A DNA stretch of 48,333 bases, counting the filler, from Catajapyx aquilonaris (lineage: Eukaryota): the NCBI GenBank assembly GCA_000934665.2. It is 2 parts of 2 records of this genome, joined end to end, with 100 filler letters (N's around TTAATTAATTAA, not from the genome) between each part and the next. Parts side by side here need not be neighbours in the genome. Positions count along the whole stretch, not along the records: positions 1 to 24,109 come from JYFJ02005569.1; 1 more part is not named here. One strand, given 5' to 3'. Under the pieces are notes generated by a model, which had not been told where the DNA came from, did not search any database, and worked only from the letters and a program-made list of their open reading frames with translations. Positions 1-12,400 of the stretch are shown here, one piece after another (within the stretch, counting starts at the first letter, position 1; each line of letters opens with the position of its first letter). The position numbers and the translations under genes were made by a program.

Positions 1-69
1 AGGCCCAGGTTAAGGTGTATTGCAAAGGTCCAAATCAATGAGTCACTCCTATGAAAAAGTATTTCATAA

Positions 70-96
70 CCCGAGCAACGCCGGGTATCCTGCTAG
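70..96 (+). mobile_element. Helitron-like 3' terminus (hairpin + CTAG) abutting NACHT paralog 1; element probably extends left beyond the window
   Basis: CCCGAGCAACGCCGGG hairpin (70-85), then 7 nt, then CTAG (93-96) followed by T. Coding homology to the paralogs starts right after, at 97. Confidence 0.7.
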
Positions 97-3000
97 TCCT
101 CACTATTTGAAGGTGAAATTGACGACTTTGTCATTTGCACAAATACTAGTTTTGACTTTTCTGAGGCTGCAGAGACGAGGAAGAGAAAGAAGCCGGTTTT
201 TGCCTTCAGAGATTATATGTTCCAGCAAATTGACGATAAAGATGATTTCTTAGAAGGACGGAGGTTTAAATTCGTAGGTGATTTTCCAGGCAAGGTTGAC
301 TTAGTTTCCAAACTAACAGGTTCCACTTACCCATCTAAGCGGAGAAAGAGACACGCTGGAAGAAGCAAAACAGGTGTGGCCCATTCAGACGAGAAAAAAG
401 ACGACATTGGCTCGTTTTTAGAGAAACTTACTTTTGCACTGGATCAACCTAATGAAAAGAAATTAAGTGCCATTTTCCAAAAAGAGTGTATAGAATTTAG
501 TTACATTGAGAGTGATTTTATTGCCGACCACATTCAAAGAATGATGTTGGAGTGGTTCAAGAAGGAGGAAGGTGAATTTCTGACAAGTGAAAAAGGCAAA
601 GAGTGGTTTGAAAGAGCTAAAAAAGGAATACACAAAATAACTCTGCTTAATGCAAAAACTGTAGAGTATGAGAATATGACGAAACAATCTGGCATTAAAT
701 TTTCACGTGATGCTTGTAAAGCTTTACTCCAGAAATCGACTCCCAGTGATCAACACCCAATTGTCAATCTTGTTGGACCAATGCCACTCACTGCCATGAA
801 GTTATGGCAAAGCCTTTATCACAAGGACAAACGGACAAAATTTTTAAACTTGAAGGATTTTGCCCCTCATAAAGATATTGTCAAGTCAATTTTTGATTCC
901 ACTGATTTGGAATATCTGTTGGTAATAGTGTGTGACTTCTCTCTGACTCGTCGTACCCGTTCTCAGAAAAAATGCATACACAGAGCGAAAGACTTTTTAG
1001 CCCAAAATATGCATGCTGTTATTGTTAGTGAAGAAGACCTGACAAGCATTTTCCCAAATTGTTGTGTTCTACGTGACAGCAATGATTTGAGTAACCTCAC
1101 TCCAGAATCCATATCTTCGTTGCTTGATAAAACCAAAATTAGGTTTCAAGGACATGACTTTTCCTTAAAAAAGCTTCTCCCCAACGACTGTTGCCACGAA
1201 GCCATAAATTCTGAACTGTTAAATGCTATTGCAGCTGAGAAGATCATAGACATTAAAGTAACTAAGCCAAAGTTAGAAGTTGGTAGTTGTTATGTTCAAA
1301 GGACTTTCAAACATTTCCAATTTAGCATTGAAAAGCAAGACCTGAAAGAACTGGTCACTAGTTGCCATGACATGTTTGCCATAAGTAACATTACAAAGCA
1401 CAAACTCAGTGCATTGCTTCGTGGACTAGGAATCTCAGATGATGAGCAGAAGAACAGAATGAAAATTTTGGATCTTGGTGATGAAACGAATAGTTTCATA
1501 AAAATGTGCAATGAAGCAAAACACCAGGTTGTCCACTGGATGGAATACAATAAGGCTGATCCAATCTTGAAGTGGAAACAGTCCAGTTGCAGTTTGTCCA
1601 AATTGCGGAAATTAAAAACCGGGAGAAATGTGAATAAAAATGACGAAATTGAGGACCAGTTGGTCATAATTTCTGGAGATCCTGGAGAAGGAAAATTGAC
1701 TCTTCTAAATCATTTTGCTGCTGCTCAGTCACAGTCCTCAGTCTGGGACATGAAAATATCACTAAACGACTTCCATAATGAAATATCTGCATCAAATGCT
1801 ACAGACTTGGAGGGAGCTGTAGACTTCTTGTTTCAGACTGGGTGTGCAGGTTCACAATCAGATTGTGCAAAACCTTTGCTTTTGCATCACCTTAAAGAAC
1901 ATGGTGAGGTTATAGTGTTGCTGGATGGTTACGATGAAGTACCTCCTCATCTGACTGTGAGAGGAAACGTGATACGTGATCTGAGAGGAAAAGTTATTGA
2001 CTTGATCAAAGCTTTGAAAGCTGGAAGTCCTAAGGCCAAAGTGTGGGTATCGACGCGATCATATCTGCAGGATCATTTAGAAGATGCTCTAGGGATATTC
2101 TCCTACATCTTGAATCCATTCAATGAAGTAGAGCAGAAGAGGTTTTTTAACAGTTATTGGGGAGTCAAGGTAGGAGTTAACACCACTGAAAATCTAAAAG
2201 TGAAAGCCATTGCAGAGAAGGCAATTGGCAAATTTACCACTAAATTTGTGAAAATCTTTCGCCAACTGGGATTTATGAAAGAGGGATTAGTTGGAAATGC
2301 TCAGCAAGCAAAAATGCTGGCTGATGTTTACAAGGATGAATGCAAAAAATATTGCGATGATAAAGCCAGCTACAATTTTAAAAGTCTTCCGGGTAGTAAT
2401 TTTGACTTGACTGGACTATATAATCTATTTATCTCAGTTAAATTTGATGTGTTGTTTAAAAAATCACCATTAGCCTTATTACTTCCGGAAAGTTACAGAA
2501 AGGCAATTTCTTATGCATGCAACATGGATCATAAGATTCCAGCAGTGAAAGCGCTATTCTCTGGCCAAAATCATGTTATGCAACTAATAGAAGGTGAAGA
2601 ACGGATACTGACAGATGATGACATTTCTCAAGTTGGTATTGTTCAGAATGTTCACAAGGCAAAGTTTGTGCATTTCACCTACTCTGAATACTTTGTGGCC
2701 TGTTTCTATGTGGATATGATGAAGCAGTGCAGACTGAAAAGCTCCGTACCTTTGATGTCAAATCTTTTTACAAGTCGTAGTAAACTAATTCGTGAGTTCA
2801 TAGTGTCTATGGTTGAAAAAATGAATTTGATGGAAAAGTGGGAGCAGATAAATGAATGTGACATCACTAGGGTACAACCTAATTCTACTTTCCCAATGAT
2901 TTCAAATCAGCGATCATTATATGAGATTGACGAAAATATACAATTATCAGAATTAATCAAGGATATGGAGCTGAACATTACATCGGAAACATAACACCAG

Positions 3001-4042
3001 TGAACTACGAGGTTGCATCAGGAAATTGGAATATTTTATCTCCCTTTATTTTTGTCCTATTGATGCAGAAAATGAGGCAATGAAGAAATTAATTGAGACG
3101 TTATTTGAAATTTACAGAAAATCAGATGACTCCTGGACTAAAAGTATCGTGTGTTATTGCCTTTGGGAATCAATTATGTACTTCTTTGGTCAAAAGAAGT
3201 GGCGAAAAGATGATCAGTTTGTTGGATTCATCAAGAAAAAGCTTGATCCATTTGTATCACAAGAAATAAAGGCAGTTTCTGTTCAATTTCAAGGGGCTGC
3301 TGATAAACACAAGGAACCGCTACAATTATTATTAAGAGGAATAGATTCGGTAATGGACCTTGCATGGGCTTATATTCATTTGATGGACTGCATACCCAGA
3401 ACATGCCTGATGGACTCAGTTCACATAATATTCGAAGAGAAAAATGACAGCAGGTGGATTTCAGAAATAGGTTTCAGAATTTCCACAAGTATGCGAATGT
3501 TGAGCTGGGAAATGGCCTCTATTTTCGAGCGTTATGTAGTATCCCCTGACAGGGAAGACCTTTACGACATCGACATTTATTATAAGTTGGTAATCCCTCT
3601 TGCACAAATAATCAGACAAGGCTCTCCCCACTGTATTGCTAAATTAGGTCTTCTGTCAATCACAGCAACATATGTACAACTGGCTTGTTCATCCTTGAAC
3701 ACTGATTTTCTCAAAACTATTTTGGAAGCAATGAAATCAGTTTTCAATGGAAAATGGGGACCTGATGTGTATGCAGTATGGGAATACAGTCTGAAACTTA
3801 TGCTGGCTCTAGGACGCATCGGCTTAAAAATAATCGATGTGGGTGACAAGCTTCTCATTTTGGACCCAGCAGGAAATTTTCAGCATTTACTGAAAATTAA
3901 TTCACATGAAAAACTTGTGAAAGTAATCAGGCCCAAGCTTGCAGTTAGTCCCGAGGAAGAATTTGCTCAATTAGAAGCCCTTGCTCGTACTTCTGGAAAA
4001 GAATTTTTTTATAGAGATAATGAAGACATCATTCCTTACTAA
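97..4042 (+). pseudogene. NACHT/STAND paralog 1, disrupted (track ORFs 217-2994 and 3026-4042)
   Basis: Frame-1 homology begins at ~97 (SLFEGEIDDFVICTN, matching FEGEKKDFVLCTN). Walker A reads GDPGEGKLT (1675-1701, S/T replaced by L). Walker B VLLDGYDE and the WHD-like FVHFTYSEYF motif are present. TAA at 2992-2994 plus a frame change separates the C-terminal domain (LVIPLA...AGNFQ...KINSHEKLV). Confidence 0.8.
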
Positions 4043-4119
4043 TTTGGGATTAGGAGGATATTTGTGTGTCATGTCATGCTTCAAAAGTGTCGCATGATGT
4101 GGGTTGATAATAATAACTC

Positions 4120-5460
4120 TCATGAACTGTGTCAATATAACATTATCAGTTGTTTAGGTTTTTATTCATTTGCCTGCTTTATTATTGTGGCTGGAGGCCT
4201 TCAATCTTAATTGGGACCAATGGTGATAACAATGAAGACTGATTTTTTACACTTTGAATAATGTATAATGGATATTCTCTCTCAAAACACAGCTTTCAAA
4301 GGGTAAAAATTGATAATCATCCATTTTACAATATTGTTTCATTCACTGATGAATGATATACTGATGATATGAAGACAAGTGGCAAGGACAAATTGGGACT
4401 CTGACAATGAGAACAATGGCTCTGTAGAGAATATTCATTTGATTTCATTTGGTTGCGATGAAAAGTCTACTAGTGTCACATGTGTAAGAATGTATATTGC
4501 ATCATGTAAAATCCCGAGATTAAAGTTGGAGACGCTGCGGGCCTTCTCTGACCTTCCTTTATCAGACTCAAATTAATGGACTATTTTTGGACCAAGTTAG
4601 CTGTTTTAGGCATGTGTTCGTGTTAAAAACCGTACAATTATGTGATACCGTAATGGCGGGGATTGTCAGATCATCATGCCGAAGGGGAGGGCCTGCCATC
4701 TCCAACTTTATGTTCGGACTTTACATGGTATAAGTTAAGTGCCATGGATTTCAAATGGTTCGCACATGTCTCAGAAATGTTTCACTAGGTCAATGGTGCA
4801 TGAAGTCATGTCCTCACTATATAATGCAATGTGTCAAAACATATTTTTGCAACACTGTCACTTCACTATCATCTGTATCATTTTTATAAGTTTTTACTGT
4901 ATAGTGTAGTCTGTGTGCCAAATAAATTGTGCCACAAATTGTTGTATTTTCCTGCTGAATTATCATTTCAATACCTTTCCTGGTCCTTCCGTCTCTTTCA
5001 TCCAAAAATTTATTGCGTCAAAAAATATTTGTGGTCTCACATCCACAGGTACAGAAGCTTAAGATTCCACAGAGAGCGGGTGACACCAGAAAAATTAATT
5101 GAGCCTCATAAATTTAGGTTGAAATCGAATTTATATTTCGAAGAGGTGAAACACGAACTGGTCTAGCTGTGACGACACGACATTTTAAAAAATTCTCACC
5201 GTCATCTTAATCAAAACTGGTGAGCTTCGAACTCCGGAAGTGATGAAAGAGAGGTATTCTGGTTAATTGAGAGTTAATTATGGGTTACTCCAGGTGTGTT
5301 TGGGGCTGGGCAGATGCACTTGGGCTGTGGGTGTCAGAGGGGTGTCTTAAGATTTAGGGAGGAAGGGGAATGGACGATGCGGAAAGGGCTGAGGAGAGAA
5401 CCGGGTCTTTTGTGTTCCTGTTGGACAAAGAGATTACCACGTTTGTTCTAACTGGATGGA
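4120..5460 (+). repeat. Duplicated 3'/intergenic block of the tandem unit (homologs ~12740-13920 and ~21480-22610)
   Basis: Shared words include GACCAATG(G/C)TGATAACAAT, TATTCTCTCTCAA, TGTAGAGAAT and AAATGTTTCACTA. Confidence 0.85.
4921..4926 (+). promoter_or_regulatory. Candidate polyadenylation signal conserved in three paralog 3' regions (also 13308-13313 and 22517-22522)
   Basis: GTGCC(A/T)AATAAATTGT occurs at the homologous position downstream of paralogs 1, 2 and 3. Confidence 0.45.
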
Positions 5461-5983
5461 TTTTGCCTTATCCTGCAATTAATACCAAAATATTGCATGT
5501 TTAATTAGCAAGCGATCTACCCTTCGACGTAGAAGATAGCCCAACAGCTTCCTCCAAATGTACAAATATTCCAATTCCAGTCATTTAAAATTAGTAGATT
5601 AATGTGGCGCTTTTTGAAGAAACAATTTGAAATTAATATTACACTCCTTTTCAAGGTTTGCGACAGAAGGGTGGAGCTTCCAACTGCCTGCAAGACTCAC
5701 GGAGGCGGACAATCATAATGCCCTATGCCCCCGATGGCATTGTTCAGCAGACTCATGAACTCAGCTTTGAGGTGTTGAAATGAGAGATTGGATTTGGAGA
5801 GGAGGGAAAGATTCGATGTGGACCGGCAGCTCTGACAAATTTTGTCAAGGGGGCTGGTCGACACAGAATCCCTGCATGTTAGTGACAAAAAATAAATTAT
5901 ATTATACAATGGCATGATCTGTTTGGTGAAGAAGTAATGCCTGAGTTTGACATGCATTGATGTAAGCAAGAGCTAGTGAAGAG

Positions 5984-6490
5984 GCCTTGTCATTATTAGA
6001 TTTAATACCCGAACAAGAGGCGGAAATTCTGCATGGGTATGATTATTTTTATGGCTTTAAAGGCATTTCCATTGTAACACTTCCCTTGCTCCATATGCTG
6101 ACATATTGCCTAGCTGCTGGCATGAGGAATACCATCAAAAGGTTCAGTGACTTGAAAGAGAATATGTCAGAATTTCCACAGGTCTGAAAACTTTGAGCCT
6201 GAAAATGGCCTGTGAATTCAATAAGCCATTACTACGTGTTCGCTCATCAATTTGGGATGATGTCTATGGCCGCAACATTTTTCATACTAATCATACATTA
6301 TAGTAACCCTCTTGCAGAAGTCATCTGACGAGGCTCTTCCTCGTTCCTCCCATATTAATAATAGATCAGCCTTTTTGAAAATCATGGCAGATTATGTACG
6401 GTACACTTTTGCATTATTACACGAGGATTCACGTTGTTCTTGGAACCTGAGGTTCTCATAACTACAGTATTTTAGAAGTAATGGAATCAC
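5984..6490 (+). pseudogene. Degenerate C-terminal fragment of a paralog-3-like NACHT gene, fused directly to the start of paralog 2
   Basis: Aligns to ~20635-21110 (GCCTTGTCATTATT...AACAAGAGGCGGAAAT...TATGTCAGAATTTCCACAGGTCTGAAAA...CCCTCTTGCAGAAGTCAT...TTTAGAAGTAATGGAATC) with several frameshifts. Confidence 0.85.
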
Positions 6491-9400
6491 TGATCCAGGT
6501 GATGCTCAATCAGGGAGACGTCGAGATCAATCCTGGACCCGACAATGGCCTGACAATGAGGGACTCTGAATCTAATCCCACATTACCTGTATACATTCAA
6601 CGCCCTCCTCTACCTCCTGGTTTTGTGTATGGTCATTCAAGGAGTGATGGAAGCTGTTTTTTTGATTCGTTCCGGCAGGGGTTGTGGCAACAGAAGGGAA
6701 TAAGCGTGACTGTTGAGGGACTAAGGCAAGTTTGCAAGGAGTTTGCAGAGAATAATCACGAAGAATGGTTTAAGAGAAACATTAATAAGTGCCATGATGA
6801 AACGGGGAAACTCATTCATAGTGAATCTCAGAGTCAATATGCAGAAAACATTTTACGTGATGATCGGTGGGGTGATTCTAATGTGGAAGGCAGGATACTG
6901 TGTCAAGAATATGGAGTTACTATAGGTCTGATTGAGAAAAACCCCATTAATGTAAATCCCCGGTGGTTATGCAACATCATTTGTGCTGATAGGACAGGAC
7001 CTGTAGAAAGTATAACTTATGGGACAGAAGATCAAGTGTGCATGATAAATGAAGGTAATAACCATTTTCAACCAATACTTAAAAAGATTACTCATGAAGT
7101 GTCACCTGGTCAAATAGATCAAAATAAGAGAAAAATGGGCGACTCAGTGCCAGATAATCAAGGCAGACCTAGCAAAATAGTTAGGTGGGAATATCCAAGT
7201 GAGGAAAATGTAAAAATTGAAAATTTAAAAGCTCAGAAAGAAAATGGTTATAAAAGACAGAAGTTGCATAGTCCTGGACCCAACAGTGGCACAGGGATAG
7301 ACTCTAAATGTGATATCACATCACGTGAACATTTGAAAGTTCAGCCAGACAATCAGCACGAAAATGCAACAGGGAATGAAAGAGCTGGCGATTTAAAACA
7401 GCCTGTAGTAGGATTAAGACGCAGCCTCCATGGTATAGTCTATCAACTAAAGTTGCTGATGTTATTTTTAACTCGAGGACTGAAGAAGGGGTATGATTTT
7501 AGATTAGCAACAGAAATGGAAGATGCTGGGAAATTTGACGACATTGTGTTTCTATGCAAAGGAAAGGGTGAGGTCAAAGAGCATTATCGCTTCCTACAAG
7601 CCAAGCACAAGTTGGAAGAGACAGAGAAAATATCTGGCCAAGATTTGCTAACAGAAAATACAAAGGGGGAGTTCTGCCTGGCAAAGTATTTCGATTCTTT
7701 TCGAAAAATTGAACACTCTCCAGTATTTGAAGGTGAAAAGAAGGATTTTGTCCTTTGCACGAATATTGGATTTGACTTTCCTAAAGCTGAAAAGGTGAAG
7801 GGGAAGAGGACGGGTTTCCCCTTAAGTGAAGCCATGTTTGATGAATTAGATGGTAAAGATGATGTTTTAGAAAATCCAAGGTTTAAATTCAAAAAGGAGT
7901 TTGATGGGAAGCCACTCTTGGTTTCCGCACTTAGAGGTTCCACTGACATATTCAAGCTGGCAAAGGGACTGGCTGAGTGTGTGTTGGATGGAAAGAAAAT
8001 AGATCCAGGCTACTCGAAAAATGATCCAACAGGAAATGCTCTTAGATCATATCATGTTGCATTAGGGAAGGGAGTTATTGATGTAAAGGAAAAAAAATTG
8101 CAGAAAGATTTTTGCAGAGTAGGGGAAAACATGTCCACTGATTTTGCAAAGTTTAGAGAAGTGTTCATGGAAGTGGCATATGTGGAACGAAGAAAGGGCT
8201 ATGAGCCAGTTGACGATCCCAGGATAGTTGAAGCTGACTTGAAACCATTTGCTGAACTACTTGCACAACGTTTAAAAGACCAAAAGAACCTGGGTCAGAA
8301 TAAACTCATAAAACAACATTTTGGCAAATTGTCTGGACATGTATTAGTAACGAGGAATGGCAAGGTCATGTTCCGCCCTGGGTTTTTAGATGGCACCAGT
8401 GCATTACCTGGAAATTTACAAGCCTTTAGAGAGCAATTGGAATTGGAACTGAAGGAGGTTCAACTGGAGTTAAATGACCTGCATTCCAAAGTCTTCAAAG
8501 TGCCTAAGACGTTTGAATGCTGTGAAGAAATTTTTATTGATGAAGACTCTTTTTGGAATGGCATAAGAACGAGGGAACTAAATATATTTGATGGCTTTGG
8601 AGAAGAGACGGAACCTCTCAAATCATGTGATGATTTTACCAATTTAATAGAAATAGCAATCGGGCAAAGTGATGAACCTGGAAGACATAAACTGGTTAAA
8701 ATAGAGGGAAAAGACAAAGTAACGATCGGGTATCTAGAACGATTGACGAAGGTATTAGAGCTAACTGATGATGGAAATCTAAAATTCAGTGAACCTTTTT
8801 TAAGGAATGGTAATGAGAGGAAAGATTTGAAGTATTTACGAACTAAATTAGCTGCTAAATTTTCACTTGAAGAACTTGGAAAGTACTGCTTTGATGGGAG
8901 TGGTTTCCGCCACTTTTTCATGCCAGATGAGAGCATGGAAGAGATCAATCGCGACTTTGGCACTTTTTTAAAGAAACTTACTTTTGCAGTCGAGCAACCT
9001 AATGAAGATAAATTAAGTAAAATTCTCCAAGGTGAGTGTAATGAGCTTAATGATATTAAAAGTGATTTAATTGCCGACTACATTCTTAAAAAGATGCTGA
9101 ACTGGTTCAAGAATCCAACAGGTACTTTCATGACCTCGGAGGATGGCAAAAAGCGGTTCAAAAAAGTGGGAGAAAAAATTCACACTATAGTTGTGTTGCA
9201 TGCAAAAAGGATAAAGTTTGAGCATAAGGTTAAACAGCTTGGCATTAGATTTTCAAACACTGATCGTGACTACTTAAGAGAGAGCCCACTTGTCAATCTT
9301 TTTGGACCAATGCCACTCACTACAATGTATCTTTTGCAAAGCCTTCGTAGCAAGGACATAAGCCCAATATTGTTAAACTTGGAAGATTTTGACCGCCTTC

Positions 9401-12400
9401 AAAAAGAACTTGTCAAGGAATATTCTCGTGCCACTGAAAGGGAATATTTGTTAATATTAACCTGTCGGAACTCTTTGAAGAGTGTTGTCTCTGATGAGAA
9501 ATCAACCTTAAGCAGAGTGAAGGAATTTGCAGACAGAAAGCGTCCTGTTGTTATTGTTAGTGAAGAAGCCCTGCCAGACATTTCCACAAAATGTTGTGAA
9601 GAGGTTGACAGGAATAATTTGAGTAACATCACTCCAGAATCCATATCTTCGTTGCTTGAGAACACCAAAATTAGGTCTCAAGGACATGACTTTGCATTAA
9701 TAGACTTTCTTTCCAACGATTGCTGCCACAAGGTCATAAATTCAAAAGTTTTAAATGCTTTTGTCAGTAGTCAGATCATAGAAATTGGAGCAACTTTTCC
9801 TGAGTTAGGAGAAGTCGGTTATTTTGTCGAAAGGACTCTGAAGCATTTCCAAGTTCATATTACAAAGGAACAGCTGAAGGGACTGCTCACTAGTTGTGGT
9901 GACATATTTGCTATAGATAACATTACACATCAAGAATTCTCTGCTTTGCTTGTTGAAGTAGGATTATCAGCAAATGAAGGGAAGAATAGAAAGAAAATTT
10001 TACTCTTTTCTGATAACGACAGTGATTTCAAAAAACTGTGCACAGACTCAACAGATCAGGTTGTCCACTGGATGGGCTACAGTAAGGATCATCAAACCCT
10101 GAAATTGAAACAGTCCCATGGCAGTTTGTTGAACTTGCGCAAATTTAAAAAACCTCTGGAAGGAATGGATGAAAATGATGACCAGCTGGTCATAATTTCT
10201 GGTCATCCTGGGGAGGGAAAAACTACCTTTCTAAATAATTGTCCTTCTGATCAATTGCTCTCATCATTTTGGTACATGAAGGTAAAACTCAATGACTTCC
10301 ATAATAAAATAAAAGAATCAAAGGCAACAGACTTGAACGGAGTTGTAGACTTCCTGTTTGAGACTGGGTGTGCAGGTCCAAAATCGGAATTTGGAAAACA
10401 GTTGCTTTTGCATCGCCTTAAAGGACATGGACAGGTTATGGTGTTGCTGGATGGCTTTGACGAAGTACCACCTGATCTGAGAGGAATCGTTATTAAATTG
10501 ATCGAAATTCTGAAAGCTGAAAGTGTTGAGACCAAAGTGTGGGTGTCGACTCGATCATATCTGCAGGATAATTTAGAAGATGCCCTAGGGATATTCTCCT
10601 CCATCTTGAATCCCTTTGATGAAGAAGAGCAGGAGATATTGTTTAACAAATACTGGAAATTCAAGCTAAATGTGAAAGAAAGTCAAGTGAAGAAAATAGG
10701 GCGAATAGGCGAATTTACTACTAAAATTGTGAAATATTTTCGCAATCAGGAATTTATGCAAGGGGGATTAGTTGGAAATGCTCTGCAGGCCCAAATTCTG
10801 GCTGATGTGTTTAAAGATGATTGCGAAAAATATTGCCAGCATAATTTCAGGCACGATTTTAAAGATCTCCTAGGTAGTAATTTAGATTTGACTAAACTCT
10901 ATAAGGCTTTTCACTCAGTTAAATATGATGAAATGTTTGCAAAGTTAAAAATACGATCAACATTTCCCATTGGTTTCAAAAATTCAATTTCTGATGCATG
11001 CAATAGAAAGCACAAGACTCTTGCTGTGAGAGCACTATTCTCTGGCCAAACTAAAGTTGTGCAATTAATAGAGAGTGAAGAAGAGGCTCGATTGACAGGT
11101 GAAGAGATTTCTCGTGCCGGTATAGTTCAAAATGCTGATAAGGCAAAGTTTCTGCATGGCACATACGCTGAGTACTTTGTGACTTATTTCTATGTGGATA
11201 TGATGAAACGGGACATACTTCAGGGCTCTGAACCTTTAATTTCAAGTCTTTTCACAGATCGTGGTAAACTCATTCGTGAGTTCATACCATCCATGGTTGA
11301 AAATACGATTTTGATGAAAAGGTGGGAGCAGATAGAGCTTTGCGACATCACTAGGGCACTTGATAATTCCACTTGTTTAATCATTTCAAACTTGTTTACA
11401 TTTGGAAGGGAAGAATATCGTCCACGATTATCAGAATTAGTCGAGGACATGAAGTTAAGCATCACATGGGATGAAACTAACCATCAGTATTACATCACTG
11501 AACTGGAATGTTTCACCACTAACCTGGAAAAATTTTCATCTTATTCTTTTTGTACTTTTGATACAGAAACTGAAGAGGCAATGAAGAAAGCAATTGAGTT
11601 CTTATTTAAAGTTGCAGGTAAATCAGAAGACTCCAAGATAAACGAGACAGTGAGTGATTGTCTTTGGGAATCACTAATGTACTTTATCAGTCATGAGAAG
11701 TGGCGAAAGGATGGCGATTACATTAAGCACGTAAAGAAGAAGCTTGTTTCACTCATGTCACCCAAGGTGAAAAAATATTTTGATAAGTTTCAAGAGGCTA
11801 TCAATAAAAAGGCTGCTGATAAATTATTTAAAGGAATAGAACCAAATAATCTAATCCACCTTGCATGCACTTATATTCATTTGATGGACAGCATGCCCAC
11901 AGATTACCTGATTAGGTGTGTTGACGAGATGTTCAAAATGATGAATGACCTTGGGTGGATTTTAAAAGTAGGTTTAAGAATTCCCACAGGTCTGAATATA
12001 ATGATGAGTGACCTAGGGTGGATTTTAAAAGTAGGTTTCAGAATTTCCACAGGTCGGAATATTTTGACTTTGCCAATGGCTAATATTTTCAAGTCTCATT
12101 TAATAACAAGCACTACCTCACCACAAAGGGATCCCTGTGTCCACATCATTTATCACACAAAGTTGGTAATCCCTCTTGCAAAAATAATCAGGCGAGGGCC
12201 TTCCGACCAGATTAATAAATTAGCTTTTCTGAGAATCACAGCAACAGCTGTAGACTTTTCCATTACACGAGGATTCCAGTTGTTCTTGAAACCTGATGAT
12301 CTCGACACTATTATGGAAGTCATGGAATCGCTTCTCAACAAAGAAAAGTCTCCGAAAGTGTTTGAAGATAGTGTGAAACTCATGTGTGCTCTGGGACGCG

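Noticed and set aside
7264..7281. Second functional 2A site (LHSPGP)
   Set aside because: Lacks D(V/I)ExN; treated only as a relic of the linker duplication.
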